Positions 1 through 10,703 of a DNA stretch of 37,454 bases are shown in pieces. The DNA is from an uncultured Bacillaceae bacterium (GTDB taxonomy: Bacteria; Bacillota; Bacilli; Bacillales; Anaerobacillaceae). The translations under genes were made by a program, and so were the position numbers. The notes below the pieces were generated by a model, which made no database searches, was not told where the DNA came from, and worked only from the letters and a program-made list of their open reading frames with translations. The stretch lies in assembly GCA_964541705.1 (NCBI GenBank), contig CAZIRM010000003.1, positions 1 to 37,454 on the forward strand. The letters are read 5' to 3'. How positions within the stretch are numbered: position 1 is the stretch's first letter; the number at the start of each line of letters is the position of its first letter.

Positions 1-56
1 TCCAGTTTGTTTCTCAGCAGTCATTGTTTTTTCATCATTTATTCCGAGAGGCTATT

Positions 57-2375
57 CTATGATGTTTTGTCTTCTTCCTGTTTAGATATTAACACTTCTC
101 TTGGTTTACTTCCTTCATAAGGGCCGACAATCCCTCTAGCTTCCATCTCATCAATTAATCTTGCTGCTCTCGTATATCCGATGCGGAATCTCCTTTGAAG
201 CATTGATACAGAAGCTGTATTCATTTCTAAGATTAACTCTACAGCAGAAGGATATAGCTCATCCTCTACTTCTTCTTTCTTTTTCTCTTCCTCAGCTGAA
301 GGGATCATTTCAGCTTGGTATTGTGCTTTTTGTTGAGAAATGACATAATTAACCACTTTTTCTACTTCATCGTCCGATAAAAATGCACCTTGTACTCGAA
401 CTGGTTTCGAAGCGCCTACTGGCAGGAACAACATGTCTCCTCTACCTAAAAGTTTCTCAGCTCCACCCATATCAAGGATCGTGCGTGAGTCTGTTTGAGA
501 AGAAACACCAAATGCAATTCTTGAAGGGATGTTTGCTTTGATCACCCCTGTAATAACATCAACAGAAGGTCGCTGAGTAGCGATAATGAGGTGGATCCCT
601 GATGCACGTGCCATTTGTGCTAATCTCGTAATACAATCTTCAACTTCGCTAGAGGCCACCATCATCAAATCAGCTAGCTCATCTACAATAACGACAATAT
701 AAGGCAGGGCTGGCTGCTTCGCATCGCTTTTTTCATTTTGATTTTTTATCAACGTATTATAACCTTCTATATTTCTTGTCCCTGTATGAGCAAACAGTTC
801 ATACCGACGTTCCATTTCATTGACTACTTTTTTTAACGCCTGAGCTGCTTTTTTCGGCTCCGTCACAACTGGCGCTAGTAAATGTGGAATCCCATTGTAT
901 ACGTTCAACTCTACCATTTTAGGGTCGATCATCATTAATTTTACTTCATGTGGCTTTGCTCTCATTAAAATACTTACGATGATTCCATTTATACAAACAC
1001 TTTTCCCGCTTCCTGTAGCTCCTGCAACTAATAAGTGAGGCATCTTATTTAATTCAGATAAGACAGGATCTCCAGAGATATTTCGCCCGAGTCCAATCAA
1101 CAACTTTGAAGCTTCTGGGAATGATTTCGTTGCCTCTAATACCTCTTTTAGGGTAACAATAGCCACTTCTTTATTTGGCACTTCTATTCCAATTGCTGAC
1201 TTCCCCGGTATTGGTGCTTCCATTCGAATATCCTTTGCAGCCAATGCTAGTGCTAGGTCGTCAGCCAAATTGACAATCTTGCTCACTTTAACACCAACAC
1301 TAGGATAAACTTCATACTTGGTGACAGCTGGACCTAAGTGAACCTCAGCAACCTTTGCTTTCACACCAAAACTTTCGAGTGTTTGTTCTAATTTTTTTGC
1401 ATTTGCAGAAATATATTGTTTTTCTTGAAATTGATTGTTTTTCTTTGGGTTAAGTAATAAGTCTAACGTTGGCATGTGATAATTTTCATTCATTTCTTCG
1501 GTCACCACAAAAGATGGCTTTTCCTTAACACTTTTTTCGCTTACTTCAACAGCAGGCTGTTCTATTTCAAGCGACTCATGCTCTACGATGATCGGGTCAC
1601 TGGTTGTTTTGGGTGAATTTTTCGAGAAATCGTAAATAATTGGTTCATGATTTGTTTCTTGGTCCTTTTCTTGTTGTTGATTTGAATCGATACTTACCGT
1701 TGGTTGTGTATCAACACGCTTTGATTTACTTTCTTCCCATGACTTTTTCACATGGTTTACTGTTTCTTTCGCATATTGTTTTAGATGTTGGTATGAAGAT
1801 GTAACAAAAGAAGAGAAATAATTTATTACTTTCAAAACAATATCAGTGAACGATTTTCCCGTAATTAAGATCATCGACGTAATCATTAAGAAAAGAGAAA
1901 AAACGATTGTTCCAGCAGCCTCAAACAGGATATGAGTCATTGCAAACCCAATCGCTCCAACCATCCCACCTCCTACATGCTGTAACGTATTATCCCAAAG
2001 CCTACTCTTATATATTTCAAAGGTACTTCTTATAATAGAAGGATGAATAAATTGATCATATTCTGTTGTATAAAAACCTATGTGGCTAAGAATCGAGATT
2101 GCAAATACAAACAAATAAATTCCAACCAATCTCCTTGTTAGGAAACTGGGAACTTTTCGCTTAATCATAATATATAGGCCTGTACCAAAAATAAATAAAG
2201 TAATGAGATCATGCCAAGAACCTAAATAGAATTTAAACATAAATCCTAGTCCTCTACCAATAATGCCGGCTCTTGCAAAAGTTACCGAAGCAATCACGAG
2301 GAGAAATAGTCCCACAATTTCGTATGTAAGTTGTGACTTCCAATCAATTTTTTTTTGTTTTTTTCTTCTAGCCAT
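57..2375 (-). CDS. spoIIIE: DNA translocase SpoIIIE/FtsK
   Basis: 772-aa ORF: N-terminal TM segments, Walker [21 protein letters not shown] Walker [14 protein letters not shown]-terminal gamma domain ([22 protein letters not shown]); synteny after tepA-ylzJ. Confidence 0.97.
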   Translation of the reverse strand: MARRKKQKKIDWKSQLTYEIVGLFLLVIASVTFARAGIIGRGLGFMFKFYLGSWHDLITLFIFGTGLYIMIKRKVPSFLTRRLVGIYLFVFAISILSHIGFYTTEYDQFIHPSIIRSTFEIYKSRLWDNTLQHVGGGMVGAIGFAMTHILFEAAGTIVFSLFLMITSMILITGKSFTDIVLKVINYFSSFVTSSYQHLKQYAKETVNHVKKSWEESKSKRVDTQPTVSIDSNQQQEKDQETNHEPIIYDFSKNSPKTTSDPIIVEHESLEIEQPAVEVSEKSVKEKPSFVVTEEMNENYHMPTLDLLLNPKKNNQFQEKQYISANAKKLEQTLESFGVKAKVAEVHLGPAVTKYEVYPSVGVKVSKIVNLADDLALALAAKDIRMEAPIPGKSAIGIEVPNKEVAIVTLKEVLEATKSFPEASKLLIGLGRNISGDPVLSELNKMPHLLVAGATGSGKSVCINGIIVSILMRAKPHEVKLMMIDPKMVELNVYNGIPHLLAPVVTEPKKAAQALKKVVNEMERRYELFAHTGTRNIEGYNTLIKNQNEKSDAKQPALPYIVVIVDELADLMMVASSEVEDCITRLAQMARASGIHLIIATQRPSVDVITGVIKANIPSRIAFGVSSQTDSRTILDMGGAEKLLGRGDMLFLPVGASKPVRVQGAFLSDDEVEKVVNYVISQQKAQYQAEMIPSAEEEKKKEEVEDELYPSAVELILEMNTASVSMLQRRFRIGYTRAARLIDEMEARGIVGPYEGSKPREVLISKQEEDKTS

Positions 2376-2421
2376 TTTTTCACCTCAAGAAATTTCTGTT
2401 ACTCACGTCATTAACAGAATG

Positions 2422-2448
2422 AAAAGCAGCCGTTCTTGTGCCGGCTGC
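2422..2448 (-). terminator. Intrinsic terminator-like hairpin between ylzJ and spoIIIE
   Basis: Minus strand GCAGCCG-N9-CGGCTGC followed by TTTT. Confidence 0.55.
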
Positions 2449-2468
2449 CAAAAATTTTAATTATCATG

Positions 2469-2477
2469 ATTATAACA
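2469..2477 (-). promoter_or_regulatory. Extended -10 sigmaA-type element upstream of spoIIIE
   Basis: Minus strand TGTTATAAT (TGnTATAAT); no convincing -35. Confidence 0.45.
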
Positions 2478-2511
2478 CATTCAACAAATAGATATATAAC
2501 TAAATTGTTGA

Positions 2512-2724
2512 TCAAAATAATGAGATCATTTTTCCGGGTGCATAACTTTCATTTAAATAAGCCATCGGATCTGTACTTACTAACCGAACAACGCGAAAGT
2601 CTTTCGGAGATACTTGCTCAACATACAAGTGACCTTCTTTCACATTAATAATACTCTGCTTAGCAAAAACTTGTTCTTCTTGTGGAAAGATCAGCTCTTC
2701 AGGTACTGTGGTGTAAAGAATCAT
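2512..2724 (-). CDS. ylzJ: YlzJ-like small protein
   Basis: 70 aa, MILYT..PEELIF and [18 protein letters not shown] signature; 4-nt overlap with the tepA stop. Confidence 0.9.
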   Translation of the reverse strand: MILYTTVPEELIFPQEEQVFAKQSIINVKEGHLYVEQVSPKDFRVVRLVSTDPMAYLNESYAPGKMISLF

Positions 2725-3461
2725 TGTACATACTCCCCATTGGTATTGGTTCTATTGTTTTCAATTAGTTGATTTAATTTTTTTATTGCTTGTCCAATTC
2801 CACCGACATCATCAATCATCCCATATTTAACCGCATCTGGACCAACAACATTCGTTCCTATATCTCTTGTTAAATTTCCTTTTGAAAACATTAATTCTTT
2901 AAATTTATCTTCTGTAATCTTAGAATTTTTTGTAACAAACTTAATGACTCTTTCTTGCATTTTATCTAAATACTCAAATGTTTGAGGCACTCCGATGACC
3001 AAACCGGTTAGGCGAACAGGATGGATGGTCATTGTTGCAGTTTCAGCGATATAACTATAGTCTGAAGCAACGGCAATTGGTACACCAATTGAATGACCTC
3101 CACCGAGTACTAGCGTTACCGTCGGCTTTGACATCGTAGCAATCATTTCGGCAATAGCTAAACCAGCCTCTACATCCCCACCTACTGTGTTCAGTATAAT
3201 TAACATGCCTTCGATTTTATTATTTTGTTCTGCAGCAACTAATTGTGGGATAATGTGTTCATACTTGGTCGTTTTATTCTGGGGTGGTAACTGCATGTGC
3301 CCTTCAATTTGACCAATAATTGTTACGCAATGGATATTCGTTTGTTCCATTTGAGCAACATTCGTCTGGCCTAATTGTTGTATTTTTTCTACCACTCCGG
3401 AAGCTTTTTGATCTTTAGTCTGTTCTTGATCTGGCTGTTGTTCTGACATATAAGAGTTCAT
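2721..3461 (-). CDS. tepA: ClpP-like spore protease TepA
   Basis: [28 protein letters not shown] motifs; start moved to ATG at 3461 behind RBS GAGGAGG. Confidence 0.93.
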   Translation of the reverse strand: MNSYMSEQQPDQEQTKDQKASGVVEKIQQLGQTNVAQMEQTNIHCVTIIGQIEGHMQLPPQNKTTKYEHIIPQLVAAEQNNKIEGMLIILNTVGGDVEAGLAIAEMIATMSKPTVTLVLGGGHSIGVPIAVASDYSYIAETATMTIHPVRLTGLVIGVPQTFEYLDKMQERVIKFVTKNSKITEDKFKELMFSKGNLTRDIGTNVVGPDAVKYGMIDDVGGIGQAIKKLNQLIENNRTNTNGEYVQ

Positions 3462-3489
3462 CTGTATCCTCCTCAAATTAAACTATTTT

Positions 3490-3519
3490 TAGTATGAGGA
3501 AAGATGTATCAATTCATTC
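3490..3519 (-). promoter_or_regulatory. Putative sigmaG forespore promoter of tepA
   Basis: Minus strand GAATG-N18-CATACTA fits the sigmaG consensus; tepA is forespore-expressed in B. subtilis. Confidence 0.6.
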
Positions 3520-3568
3520 TTATAGAATGAAATGATAGCAAGGAAGGGAATCGCTTCTTTAACAACGG

Positions 3569-3650
3569 CAAGGCCCTCGCTCTCGTCGCATGGTAAAAAC
3601 ATTTGCTTCCTGCGACTACTCGTCATAAAGCAGTTCATTGATGGGTCTTG
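3569..3650. repeat. Degenerate structured intergenic repeat (REP/MITE-like)
   Basis: Nested inverted repeats CAAGGCCC(3569-76)/GGGTCTTG(3643-50) and GTCGCA(3585-90)/TGCGAC(3611-16); the ~44-nt core aligns with 10858-10898. Confidence 0.7.
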
Positions 3651-3698
3651 AAGCTAATATCAGTTTAACTTCAAACCTTTTATCATTCTAATTATACG

Positions 3699-3728
3699 AA
3701 AAAACGCATGCACTTGAGCGCATACGTT
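3699..3728 (-). terminator. Intrinsic terminator after rnjB
   Basis: Minus strand ACGTATGCGC-TCAA-GTGCATGCGT followed by TTTTT. Confidence 0.8.
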
Positions 3729-3733
3729 CTTTC

Positions 3734-5392
3734 TTAAACCTCCATAATGATTGGCAAAATCATTGGGCGGCGTCTTGTTTTATCAAACAGGAACTTACCT
3801 AATTGGTCCCTAATATTACTTTTTAGTATTGCCCAATCACACGCTTGCTCTAATAAACATCTTTGGACAATTTGCTTCACAGTATCGGTTGCAGTGTGAA
3901 GGAGTTCCTCTGATTCTCGAACATAAACAAAGCCTCTAGATACAATATCTGGACCTGATAAAAGTGTGTTGTTTTCTTTATCTAAAGAGACAACAACAAC
4001 TATTATGCCATCCTGAGATAAAAGACGACGGTCTCTCAAAACAATATGACCAACATCTCCAACTCCAATTCCATCTATTAGAATATTCCCTGAAGGAACC
4101 TTTCCAAATTTCTTTCCACATTGATCCTGGAACTCTACGACATCACCTTTATCAACAAGGAAAATATTCTGTTCTGTGACTCCACACCTTTTCGCGAGTT
4201 CAGCGTGCGCTACCTGCATTCGATATTCTCCGTGTACAGGCATAAAGTATCGTGGTTTCATTAGAGTAATCATTAATTTTAATTCCTCAGCAAATCCATG
4301 TCCCGAAGCATGGACATTTTTTTTGCCGAAAATCACATCAGCACCTGTGCGGTACAATAAATCGACAATCTTCATAACGGACTTCTCATTACCCGGAATT
4401 GGTGTTGCAGAAATAATTATCGTATCTGTTTGTTTGATCGAAATTTGTCTATGAGCTCCCCTGGCCATGCGAGATAAAGCAGCCAACGGTTCTCCTTGAC
4501 TCCCAGTGGTCAACACAACAATTTCATCGTCGCTATGTTGGTCAATGTTACCTAGGGTTTGCAGTGTAGTTTCTGGAAATTTCAGGTATCCTAGTTCAGT
4601 GGCGATTGAAACAATTTTTTCCATACTTCTTCCAGAGACAAATACTTTTCGGTTTTCTTTAACGGCTGCATTAAAAACTTGCTGTACACGATGAACATTC
4701 GATGCAAATGTTGCAACAATAATTCTTCCTTTAGCATTTAAGAAGGCTTCTTGAATGCCTTGACCTACATAAGATTCTGATAGTGATAATCCAGGGCGTT
4801 CAGCATTGGTACTATCTGAAAGTAAACATAGCACACCGTCATTTCCGATTTTAGCCAATTTTGCATAATCGGTGACAACTCCGTCTACAGGGGTTTGGTC
4901 AAACTTAAAATCACCTGTATGAACGATCGAGCCTTGCTCTGTATCAATACATATGCCAATTGAGTCAGGAATACTATGATTAGTGCGGAAAAAATGAATC
5001 TTGATATGATCGATCGTAAGCAATGTCTCACTATCAATAACTTGTAATGATACATTTTTATCTAATTGATGTTCTTCTAATTTCTTCTTGATAATGCCAA
5101 TTGTCAGTTGGGTCCCATAAACAGGGACACTTAATTTTTGTAAGAGATAAGGAAGGCTTCCAATGTGATCTTCGTGTCCATGAGTAATAAAAATAGCTTT
5201 TACCTTATCTGAATTTTGCTCAAGATAGGTCATGTCAGGTATAACGATATCAATCCCTAACATATCATCACTTGGGAACATGAGACCGGCATCGATTACA
5301 AACAGAGAGTTATCTATCTCTACTATATACATGTTCTTTCCTATTTCCCCGACACCGCCCAAAGAAAAAACACGTACTTTTTGATTAGTCAA
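3734..5392 (-). CDS. rnjB: Ribonuclease J (J2 by synteny)
   Basis: LGGVGEIGKNM, THGHEDHIG, HTGDFKFD, HASGH, RRPMILP; downstream of dapA like B. subtilis rnjB; TTG start at 5392 behind GGAGG. Confidence 0.92.
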   Translation of the reverse strand: MTNQKVRVFSLGGVGEIGKNMYIVEIDNSLFVIDAGLMFPSDDMLGIDIVIPDMTYLEQNSDKVKAIFITHGHEDHIGSLPYLLQKLSVPVYGTQLTIGIIKKKLEEHQLDKNVSLQVIDSETLLTIDHIKIHFFRTNHSIPDSIGICIDTEQGSIVHTGDFKFDQTPVDGVVTDYAKLAKIGNDGVLCLLSDSTNAERPGLSLSESYVGQGIQEAFLNAKGRIIVATFASNVHRVQQVFNAAVKENRKVFVSGRSMEKIVSIATELGYLKFPETTLQTLGNIDQHSDDEIVVLTTGSQGEPLAALSRMARGAHRQISIKQTDTIIISATPIPGNEKSVMKIVDLLYRTGADVIFGKKNVHASGHGFAEELKLMITLMKPRYFMPVHGEYRMQVAHAELAKRCGVTEQNIFLVDKGDVVEFQDQCGKKFGKVPSGNILIDGIGVGDVGHIVLRDRRLLSQDGIIVVVVSLDKENNTLLSGPDIVSRGFVYVRESEELLHTATDTVKQIVQRCLLEQACDWAILKSNIRDQLGKFLFDKTRRRPMILPIIMEV

Positions 5393-5445
5393 TGTTATCT
5401 TTCCTCCAATATTAAATTTTCGCCCCGAACTAGTCACTTGATTGT

Positions 5446-5475
5446 AGTATACAAGACAACCAAATAGATGTACAA
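5446..5475 (-). promoter_or_regulatory. Putative sigmaA promoter of rnjB
   Basis: Minus strand TTGTAC-N18-TATACT. Confidence 0.5.
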
Positions 5476-5594
5476 GAAAATTATGTAATGAAATGAAGCT
5501 AAAAGTAGTAAAGCACTGTCTGTAGATGACTCTTTGTCGTTTGAAAAATGTTGCTAAAAGCGCGCCTGAAGCTAGGTTCTGGCTACCATACTAT

Positions 5595-5638
5595 TAAGCA
5601 AGTAAAAACCCACTCAATGGCGGGTTTTTACTTGCTTA
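5595..5638. terminator. Terminator hairpin after dapA (perfect 17-bp inverted repeat, possibly bidirectional)
   Basis: TAAGCAAGTAAAAACCC / GGGTTTTTACTTGCTTA, overlapping the dapA stop codon. Confidence 0.75.
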
Positions 5639-6494
5639 TAATCTTCTTTAGTTCAGCTAACTCACTGTTTGTTAATGGCACTAGCGGTAATCTTACTTCA
5701 CCAACCTCTAAACCTTTTAAATTAAGAGCCGCTTTCACAGCAGTTGGATTTGGTGCCATAAATAAAGCTTTAGTGACTGGTAATAACTGTTGATGCGCCT
5801 TTGCAGCTTGTTTAACATCTCCTGAAAGATAAGCACTGACCATTTCTTTCATTTGATTGCCAACAACATGGGATGCTACAGATACCACTCCTGTTGCCCC
5901 AATGGCAAGTGAAGGCAGTGTTAAGCCATCATCTCCCGTGTATACCGAAAAGTCATCTTCTGTATTAGCAATGATCGCTGTTGCTTGATCTAGATCACCA
6001 CTTGCTTCTTTAACAGAGACTATATTTTTTATTTTAGACAGAGCGACGATTGTTTCAACCGTCATATTCACTACTGATCTACCAGGAATGTTGTAAAGCA
6101 TCACCGGTAAGCTTGTTGACCCCGCAATAGCCTTGAAATGTTCGTACATCCCTCTTTGAGAAGGCTTGTTGTAGTAAGGTGCAACAAGCATAACTGCTTG
6201 AACGCCTACTTCTGCAGCTTTTTGTGTTAATTCTATCGACGATTGTGTGTTGTTACTACCCGTGCCAGCAATAATTGGGACTCTCCCATTTACAACTTCA
6301 ACCGAATGTTTAAATAAAGAAACTTTCTCCTCTGTCGTTAATGTCGGTGACTCTCCTGTTGTACCTGCAACCACTAACGCGTCAGAACCATTCATAATTA
6401 GATGTTCAATTAACTCTGTTAGTTTGGCAAAGTCAATCTGTCCACTTTTATCAAAAGGTGTTACCATAGCGGTAACGACTTGACCAAAATTCAC
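5628..6494 (-). CDS. dapA: 4-hydroxy-tetrahydrodipicolinate synthase
   Basis: TAMVTPF, GTTGESPTL, LYNIPGRS, VKEASGD; GTG start at 6494 chosen from family N-terminus (VNFGQVVTAM). Confidence 0.96.
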   Translation of the reverse strand: MNFGQVVTAMVTPFDKSGQIDFAKLTELIEHLIMNGSDALVVAGTTGESPTLTTEEKVSLFKHSVEVVNGRVPIIAGTGSNNTQSSIELTQKAAEVGVQAVMLVAPYYNKPSQRGMYEHFKAIAGSTSLPVMLYNIPGRSVVNMTVETIVALSKIKNIVSVKEASGDLDQATAIIANTEDDFSVYTGDDGLTLPSLAIGATGVVSVASHVVGNQMKEMVSAYLSGDVKQAAKAHQQLLPVTKALFMAPNPTAVKAALNLKGLEVGEVRLPLVPLTNSELAELKKIISK

Positions 6495-6538
6495 GCCCTT
6501 CAACTCCCTAACCATTTTTTCGTAATTCACTAGACGCA

Positions 6539-7762
6539 CTAATTTTTCCGATTAATTTCTTCAAGTTTAAATACATTGTGCAGTGCATTTACCGCCTTTG
6601 ACATATCTTCTTCACTAACAAGCACCCATATTGTTGTATGTGAGTCTGCAGATTGAAGTATTTGTATATTTTCGTCTGCAAGTGCCCCAACGATCTTCGC
6701 GGTTACTCCAGGAACTCCTGTCATTCCTGCTCCAACTGCTGAAACTTTTGCACAGTTTCTTGTCACAATAGGCTCGTAGCCGATATCTTCCAAGATGCGA
6801 ATTGCCCGCTCTGTATTTTCTTCAGAAACTGTATATACGACTCCTAGTGGATTGATATTAATGAAGTCTACACTTATCCCTTCTCTTGCCATTGCTTTAA
6901 AAACTTCCGCTTGAATATTATAGTGAGACTCTTTCGCTAATACTTTTATTTGCGATAAATTGGACACATATGCAATTCCAGTGATAATTCGTTCGTCAAT
7001 ATCTTTCGTTGCCTTTTGCGAACTCATCACTAACGTACCTTCACTTTTTGAAAACGTAGAACGAATGCGAATTGGTACTTTAGCACTCATCGCAATTTCC
7101 ACAGCCCTTGGATGGATAACTTTCGCTCCTTGGTAGGCCATGTTGCAAATTTCGTTATACGTGACCGCTGCTATTGGTCTTGCAGTTGACACAATTCTAG
7201 GGTCAGCTGTCATAAGCCCTTCTACATCAGTGAATATGTCTACGTACTCAGCAGAAATAGCAGCGGCTAATGCAGTCGCAGAAGTATCACTTCCACCTCT
7301 TCCTAGTGTTGTAAGCTCTCCTGTTGACGATTGACCCTGAAAACCGGTGACAACCACACAATCATGATCCTTAAGTTTTTCTAGTAAATAATCACATTTC
7401 ATGTCAATTATTTTTGCATTAGAAAATTCCTCATTCGTTCGAAATCCCGCTTGCGCACCCGTTAATGTCGCTGTTTTATATCCTTTACTTGCTAGAAGGT
7501 TTGTAAAAACAACAGATGAAATTAATTCTCCGCAAGACATGAGCAAATCTAGCTCACGCTTTTTAACAAACGTTTTGGAACCTCCCACAAGATTTAGTAA
7601 CGTATCAGTCGCGTAAGGATCACCATCTCTACCAATTGCTGAGACGACGACAACCACTTTATAATTATTTTTGATCGCAGTGATAACGTGTTCAGAAGCC
7701 ATTTCCCGAACTTCGTCATTTTTAAGTGATGTTCCACCGAATTTTTGAACAATACACTTCAT
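6539..7762 (-). CDS. dapG: Aspartate kinase I
   Basis: VQKFGGTS, TTLGRGGSDTSA, IFTDVEG.MTADPR, C-terminal ACT domains; asd-dapG-dapA operon. Confidence 0.95.
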   Translation of the reverse strand: MKCIVQKFGGTSLKNDEVREMASEHVITAIKNNYKVVVVVSAIGRDGDPYATDTLLNLVGGSKTFVKKRELDLLMSCGELISSVVFTNLLASKGYKTATLTGAQAGFRTNEEFSNAKIIDMKCDYLLEKLKDHDCVVVTGFQGQSSTGELTTLGRGGSDTSATALAAAISAEYVDIFTDVEGLMTADPRIVSTARPIAAVTYNEICNMAYQGAKVIHPRAVEIAMSAKVPIRIRSTFSKSEGTLVMSSQKATKDIDERIITGIAYVSNLSQIKVLAKESHYNIQAEVFKAMAREGISVDFININPLGVVYTVSEENTERAIRILEDIGYEPIVTRNCAKVSAVGAGMTGVPGVTAKIVGALADENIQILQSADSHTTIWVLVSEEDMSKAVNALHNVFKLEEINRKN

Positions 7763-7845
7763 TTGTGCACCTCTTTATCATGAGAGTGTAAAGACATCTA
7801 AGGATTGGTCGAATTGCCAATCCCATGTCTTTAACAGTATTATAG

Positions 7846-8889
7846 TTAGTTTAACAAACCAAGTTTTACTAGACTTTCTGAGATCTGAACAGAATTCCAA
7901 GCTGCACCTTTTAGAAGATTATCAGACACAATCCACATATGAAATCCTTTACTATCGTTTAAATCGCTGCGTATTCTTCCAACAAAAACGTCATTTTTAT
8001 TCACCGAGTTTATCGCCATTGGATAAATTTGATTTTGAGGATCATCTTCCAAGATAACCCCTGGTGCATTCGTTAACAATGTTTGAAGTTCTTCCACAGT
8101 TGCTCCATCTCTATCCACTTCAATATAAACAGACTCTGAATGACCCGTAACAACTGGGATTCGAACACACGTTGCCGCAACGCTTAACGACTCATCATGC
8201 ATGATTTTCTTCGTTTCATTAATCATTTTCATCTCTTCGAATGTGTAACCATTTGTTTCAAATTTATCAATCTGTGGAATCGCATTAAAGGCAATTTGAT
8301 AATGCTTCTTATCAGCACCACAAGGTAAGATCGCAGCTTCACAATCCTTCCCTTCTAGTATTGCTGCGGACTGATCATACATTTCTTTGATTGCACTTGC
8401 TCCTGCTCCTGAAACTGCTTGATAGGTTGACACAACCACTTTTTTCAATCCGAATTTTTCTCGGATTGGCTGTAACGCTACGACCATTTGGATTGTTGAG
8501 CAATTAGGGTTTGCAATAATTCCTTTATGATTGTGTAAATCAGCTTCATTTACTTCTGGAACAACTAATGGCACATCCTGATCCATACGATAAGCACTTG
8601 TATTATCAACAACAATTGCACCACGTTTTACAGCTTCAGGTGCGAGTGCTTTTGACACCGATCCTCCTGCGCTGAATAAAGCCAATTGAACACCTTCAAA
8701 TGCTTCTGGCTTCGCCTCTTGAACAACGACTTCTTCACCTTTGTATACCACTTTTTTACCTGCAGATCGACTAGAAGATAATAAAGATAATTTAGAGATT
8801 GGAAAGTTACGTTCCTCTAATGTTTTTAACATTTGTTCCCCTACTGCTCCCGTTGCTCCAACAACTGCTACGTGATATCCTTTTGTCAT
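7846..8889 (-). CDS. asd: Aspartate-semialdehyde dehydrogenase
   Basis: [33 protein letters not shown]. Confidence 0.97.
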   Translation of the reverse strand: MTKGYHVAVVGATGAVGEQMLKTLEERNFPISKLSLLSSSRSAGKKVVYKGEEVVVQEAKPEAFEGVQLALFSAGGSVSKALAPEAVKRGAIVVDNTSAYRMDQDVPLVVPEVNEADLHNHKGIIANPNCSTIQMVVALQPIREKFGLKKVVVSTYQAVSGAGASAIKEMYDQSAAILEGKDCEAAILPCGADKKHYQIAFNAIPQIDKFETNGYTFEEMKMINETKKIMHDESLSVAATCVRIPVVTGHSESVYIEVDRDGATVEELQTLLTNAPGVILEDDPQNQIYPMAINSVNKNDVFVGRIRSDLNDSKGFHMWIVSDNLLKGAAWNSVQISESLVKLGLLN

Positions 8890-9068
8890 TTAAGTAGACT
8901 CCCTTCTGTATTTAAAAAATAGGCATTCGTGTATCTAGAAATACACTATGCCTTTGTATTATCCTTAATATAGCATTTTTGAGTACTATCTTATCATACT
9001 CTAGCAAAAATGAAAACGTGTTGATTTTCATATTATACTATATCAAATAGCCAATTGGGGAACTATCT

Positions 9069-9668
9069 TTATAAATCTTTATATTTTTCAATGATAACAG
9101 GCTGAAATTGCTTTCCTTCGATTGCGGATTCAATAGTCTGTTGGATTGAAGTCATCCGAGCCACTAATGAATTGGGCTTTTTGTAAGGGTCATCTTGCCC
9201 ATAAGGTACAAAATAAATATTTTTCGTAGCCATTAATTTCATAATATTCATTCCATTTAATCCAAGTGCATCATTTGTCGATATCGCTAAAACTACTGGC
9301 TTTGTATTGCGCAACGTAGCTTTTGCTGCCATTAGTACAGGTGAATCGGTTAATGCATTCGCTAGCTTACTAGCAGAGTTTCCAGTTAACGGGGCGATGA
9401 CCATACAATCTAATGGCGTTCGTGGACCAAACGGCTCTGCTTTTACGATTGAATCTACAATCTCTTCACCTGTAATTTCTTGAATTTGTTTAATCCAGTC
9501 CTCACTATCTCCGAATTTTGTGTCCGTTGACTTAACTGTAAAAGAAACAAATGGTGTTACCTTTGCACCTGCTTCTACTAGTTTTTTCATTTCTGGTAAA
9601 ACTGCACTATACGTACAATGGGATCCTGTTAGTCCAAATCCGATATGTTTTCCTTTTAATTTCATCAT
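9069..9668 (-). CDS. dpaB: Dipicolinate synthase subunit B (SpoVFB)
   Basis: IGFGLTGSHCT, IAPLTGNS, VLAISTNDAL, FVPYGQDDP..KPNSLVA. Confidence 0.95.
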   Translation of the reverse strand: MMKLKGKHIGFGLTGSHCTYSAVLPEMKKLVEAGAKVTPFVSFTVKSTDTKFGDSEDWIKQIQEITGEEIVDSIVKAEPFGPRTPLDCMVIAPLTGNSASKLANALTDSPVLMAAKATLRNTKPVVLAISTNDALGLNGMNIMKLMATKNIYFVPYGQDDPYKKPNSLVARMTSIQQTIESAIEGKQFQPVIIEKYKDL

Positions 9669-10564
9669 TGCTTCACCTCTGAATTGTTTTCATCATCGCT
9701 AATTAATGTTGAAAGGACATTGGCAATTATTTTTCCTGCTGTTTTCGGCGCGACAATTCCCGGTAATCCAGGAGCCAATAATGCTTTTATCCCCCTCTTT
9801 TCTGCATAACGAAAATCAGTACCTCCAGGCCTTGATGCTAAATCAACGATCAATGACCTTGTCGGCATTTTTGCTAATACTTTAGGTGTTAAGATCATGA
9901 TTGGTATTGTGTTTATACAGACATCAATGTCTCGAACTTCATTCTCTAATTCCGATAATTGAAAAGGTACTAACCCCATTTCGTAAATCCTAGCTAGATC
10001 TTCACTCTTTCTTGCACCAACCTTTACATTTGCACCTAGTAGATCAAACGTTCTTGCAACTGACATCCCTACTCTTCCTAGTCCAAGTACAACAATGTTT
10101 GATTTGTGAATAGTTATATCAGTATTTTGAATAACCATCATAATCGTTCCCTCTACCGTCGGAATAGAATTGTAAATAGCTACGTCATCCCTTTCAAACA
10201 GTTCGACTAATTTTCTGTCCGCGCGAGCAGTAATATCTTTTAAATATTGGTTACTGATTCCGGAATAAACCGTACAGTGTTCTGGTGTTACTTTTAAGTG
10301 ATCTAACTTTAAGGTGATTTTCTCATTAGAAAATATCGTTTCTACCACACCTTCGTTACTTGTTCCACTAACAGGTAACACAATCGCATCTACTTGAGTA
10401 AAATTGACTTGATCAAGTTGTACTTTTGCAGTACCAATAAATCCTTCATCAAGTTGGTCAAAGCCTACTAACGATATTTTTGCATCCATTTCAATCATTT
10501 TACGGATGACCTCTAGTTGTCTAGCATCACCACCAATGACGAGAACGTGCTTTCCAGTCAACAT
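9665..10564 (-). CDS. dpaA: Dipicolinate synthase subunit A (SpoVFA)
   Basis: VIGGDARQLE, AIYNSIPTVEG, DLASRPGGTDF, LAPGLPGIVAPKTAG. Confidence 0.95.
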   Translation of the reverse strand: MLTGKHVLVIGGDARQLEVIRKMIEMDAKISLVGFDQLDEGFIGTAKVQLDQVNFTQVDAIVLPVSGTSNEGVVETIFSNEKITLKLDHLKVTPEHCTVYSGISNQYLKDITARADRKLVELFERDDVAIYNSIPTVEGTIMMVIQNTDITIHKSNIVVLGLGRVGMSVARTFDLLGANVKVGARKSEDLARIYEMGLVPFQLSELENEVRDIDVCINTIPIMILTPKVLAKMPTRSLIVDLASRPGGTDFRYAEKRGIKALLAPGLPGIVAPKTAGKIIANVLSTLISDDENNSEVKQ

Positions 10565-10638
10565 AGTTACTCCCCTTTCTTTAAGGTTACATCTTCATAT
10601 TTTTACAGGGGATAAATCCTGCCTTTATTTTCAAAATC

Positions 10639-10666
10639 ATATTATGTATGAAACACCCAACTTGTG
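10639..10666 (-). promoter_or_regulatory. Putative sigmaK mother-cell promoter of dpaAB
   Basis: Minus strand CACA-N16-CATAATAT fits the sigmaK consensus; spoVF is sigmaK-dependent in B. subtilis. Confidence 0.6.
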
Positions 10667-10703
10667 AATAAAAACAAATGCAATCACTCGACTATACCAA
10701 AGA

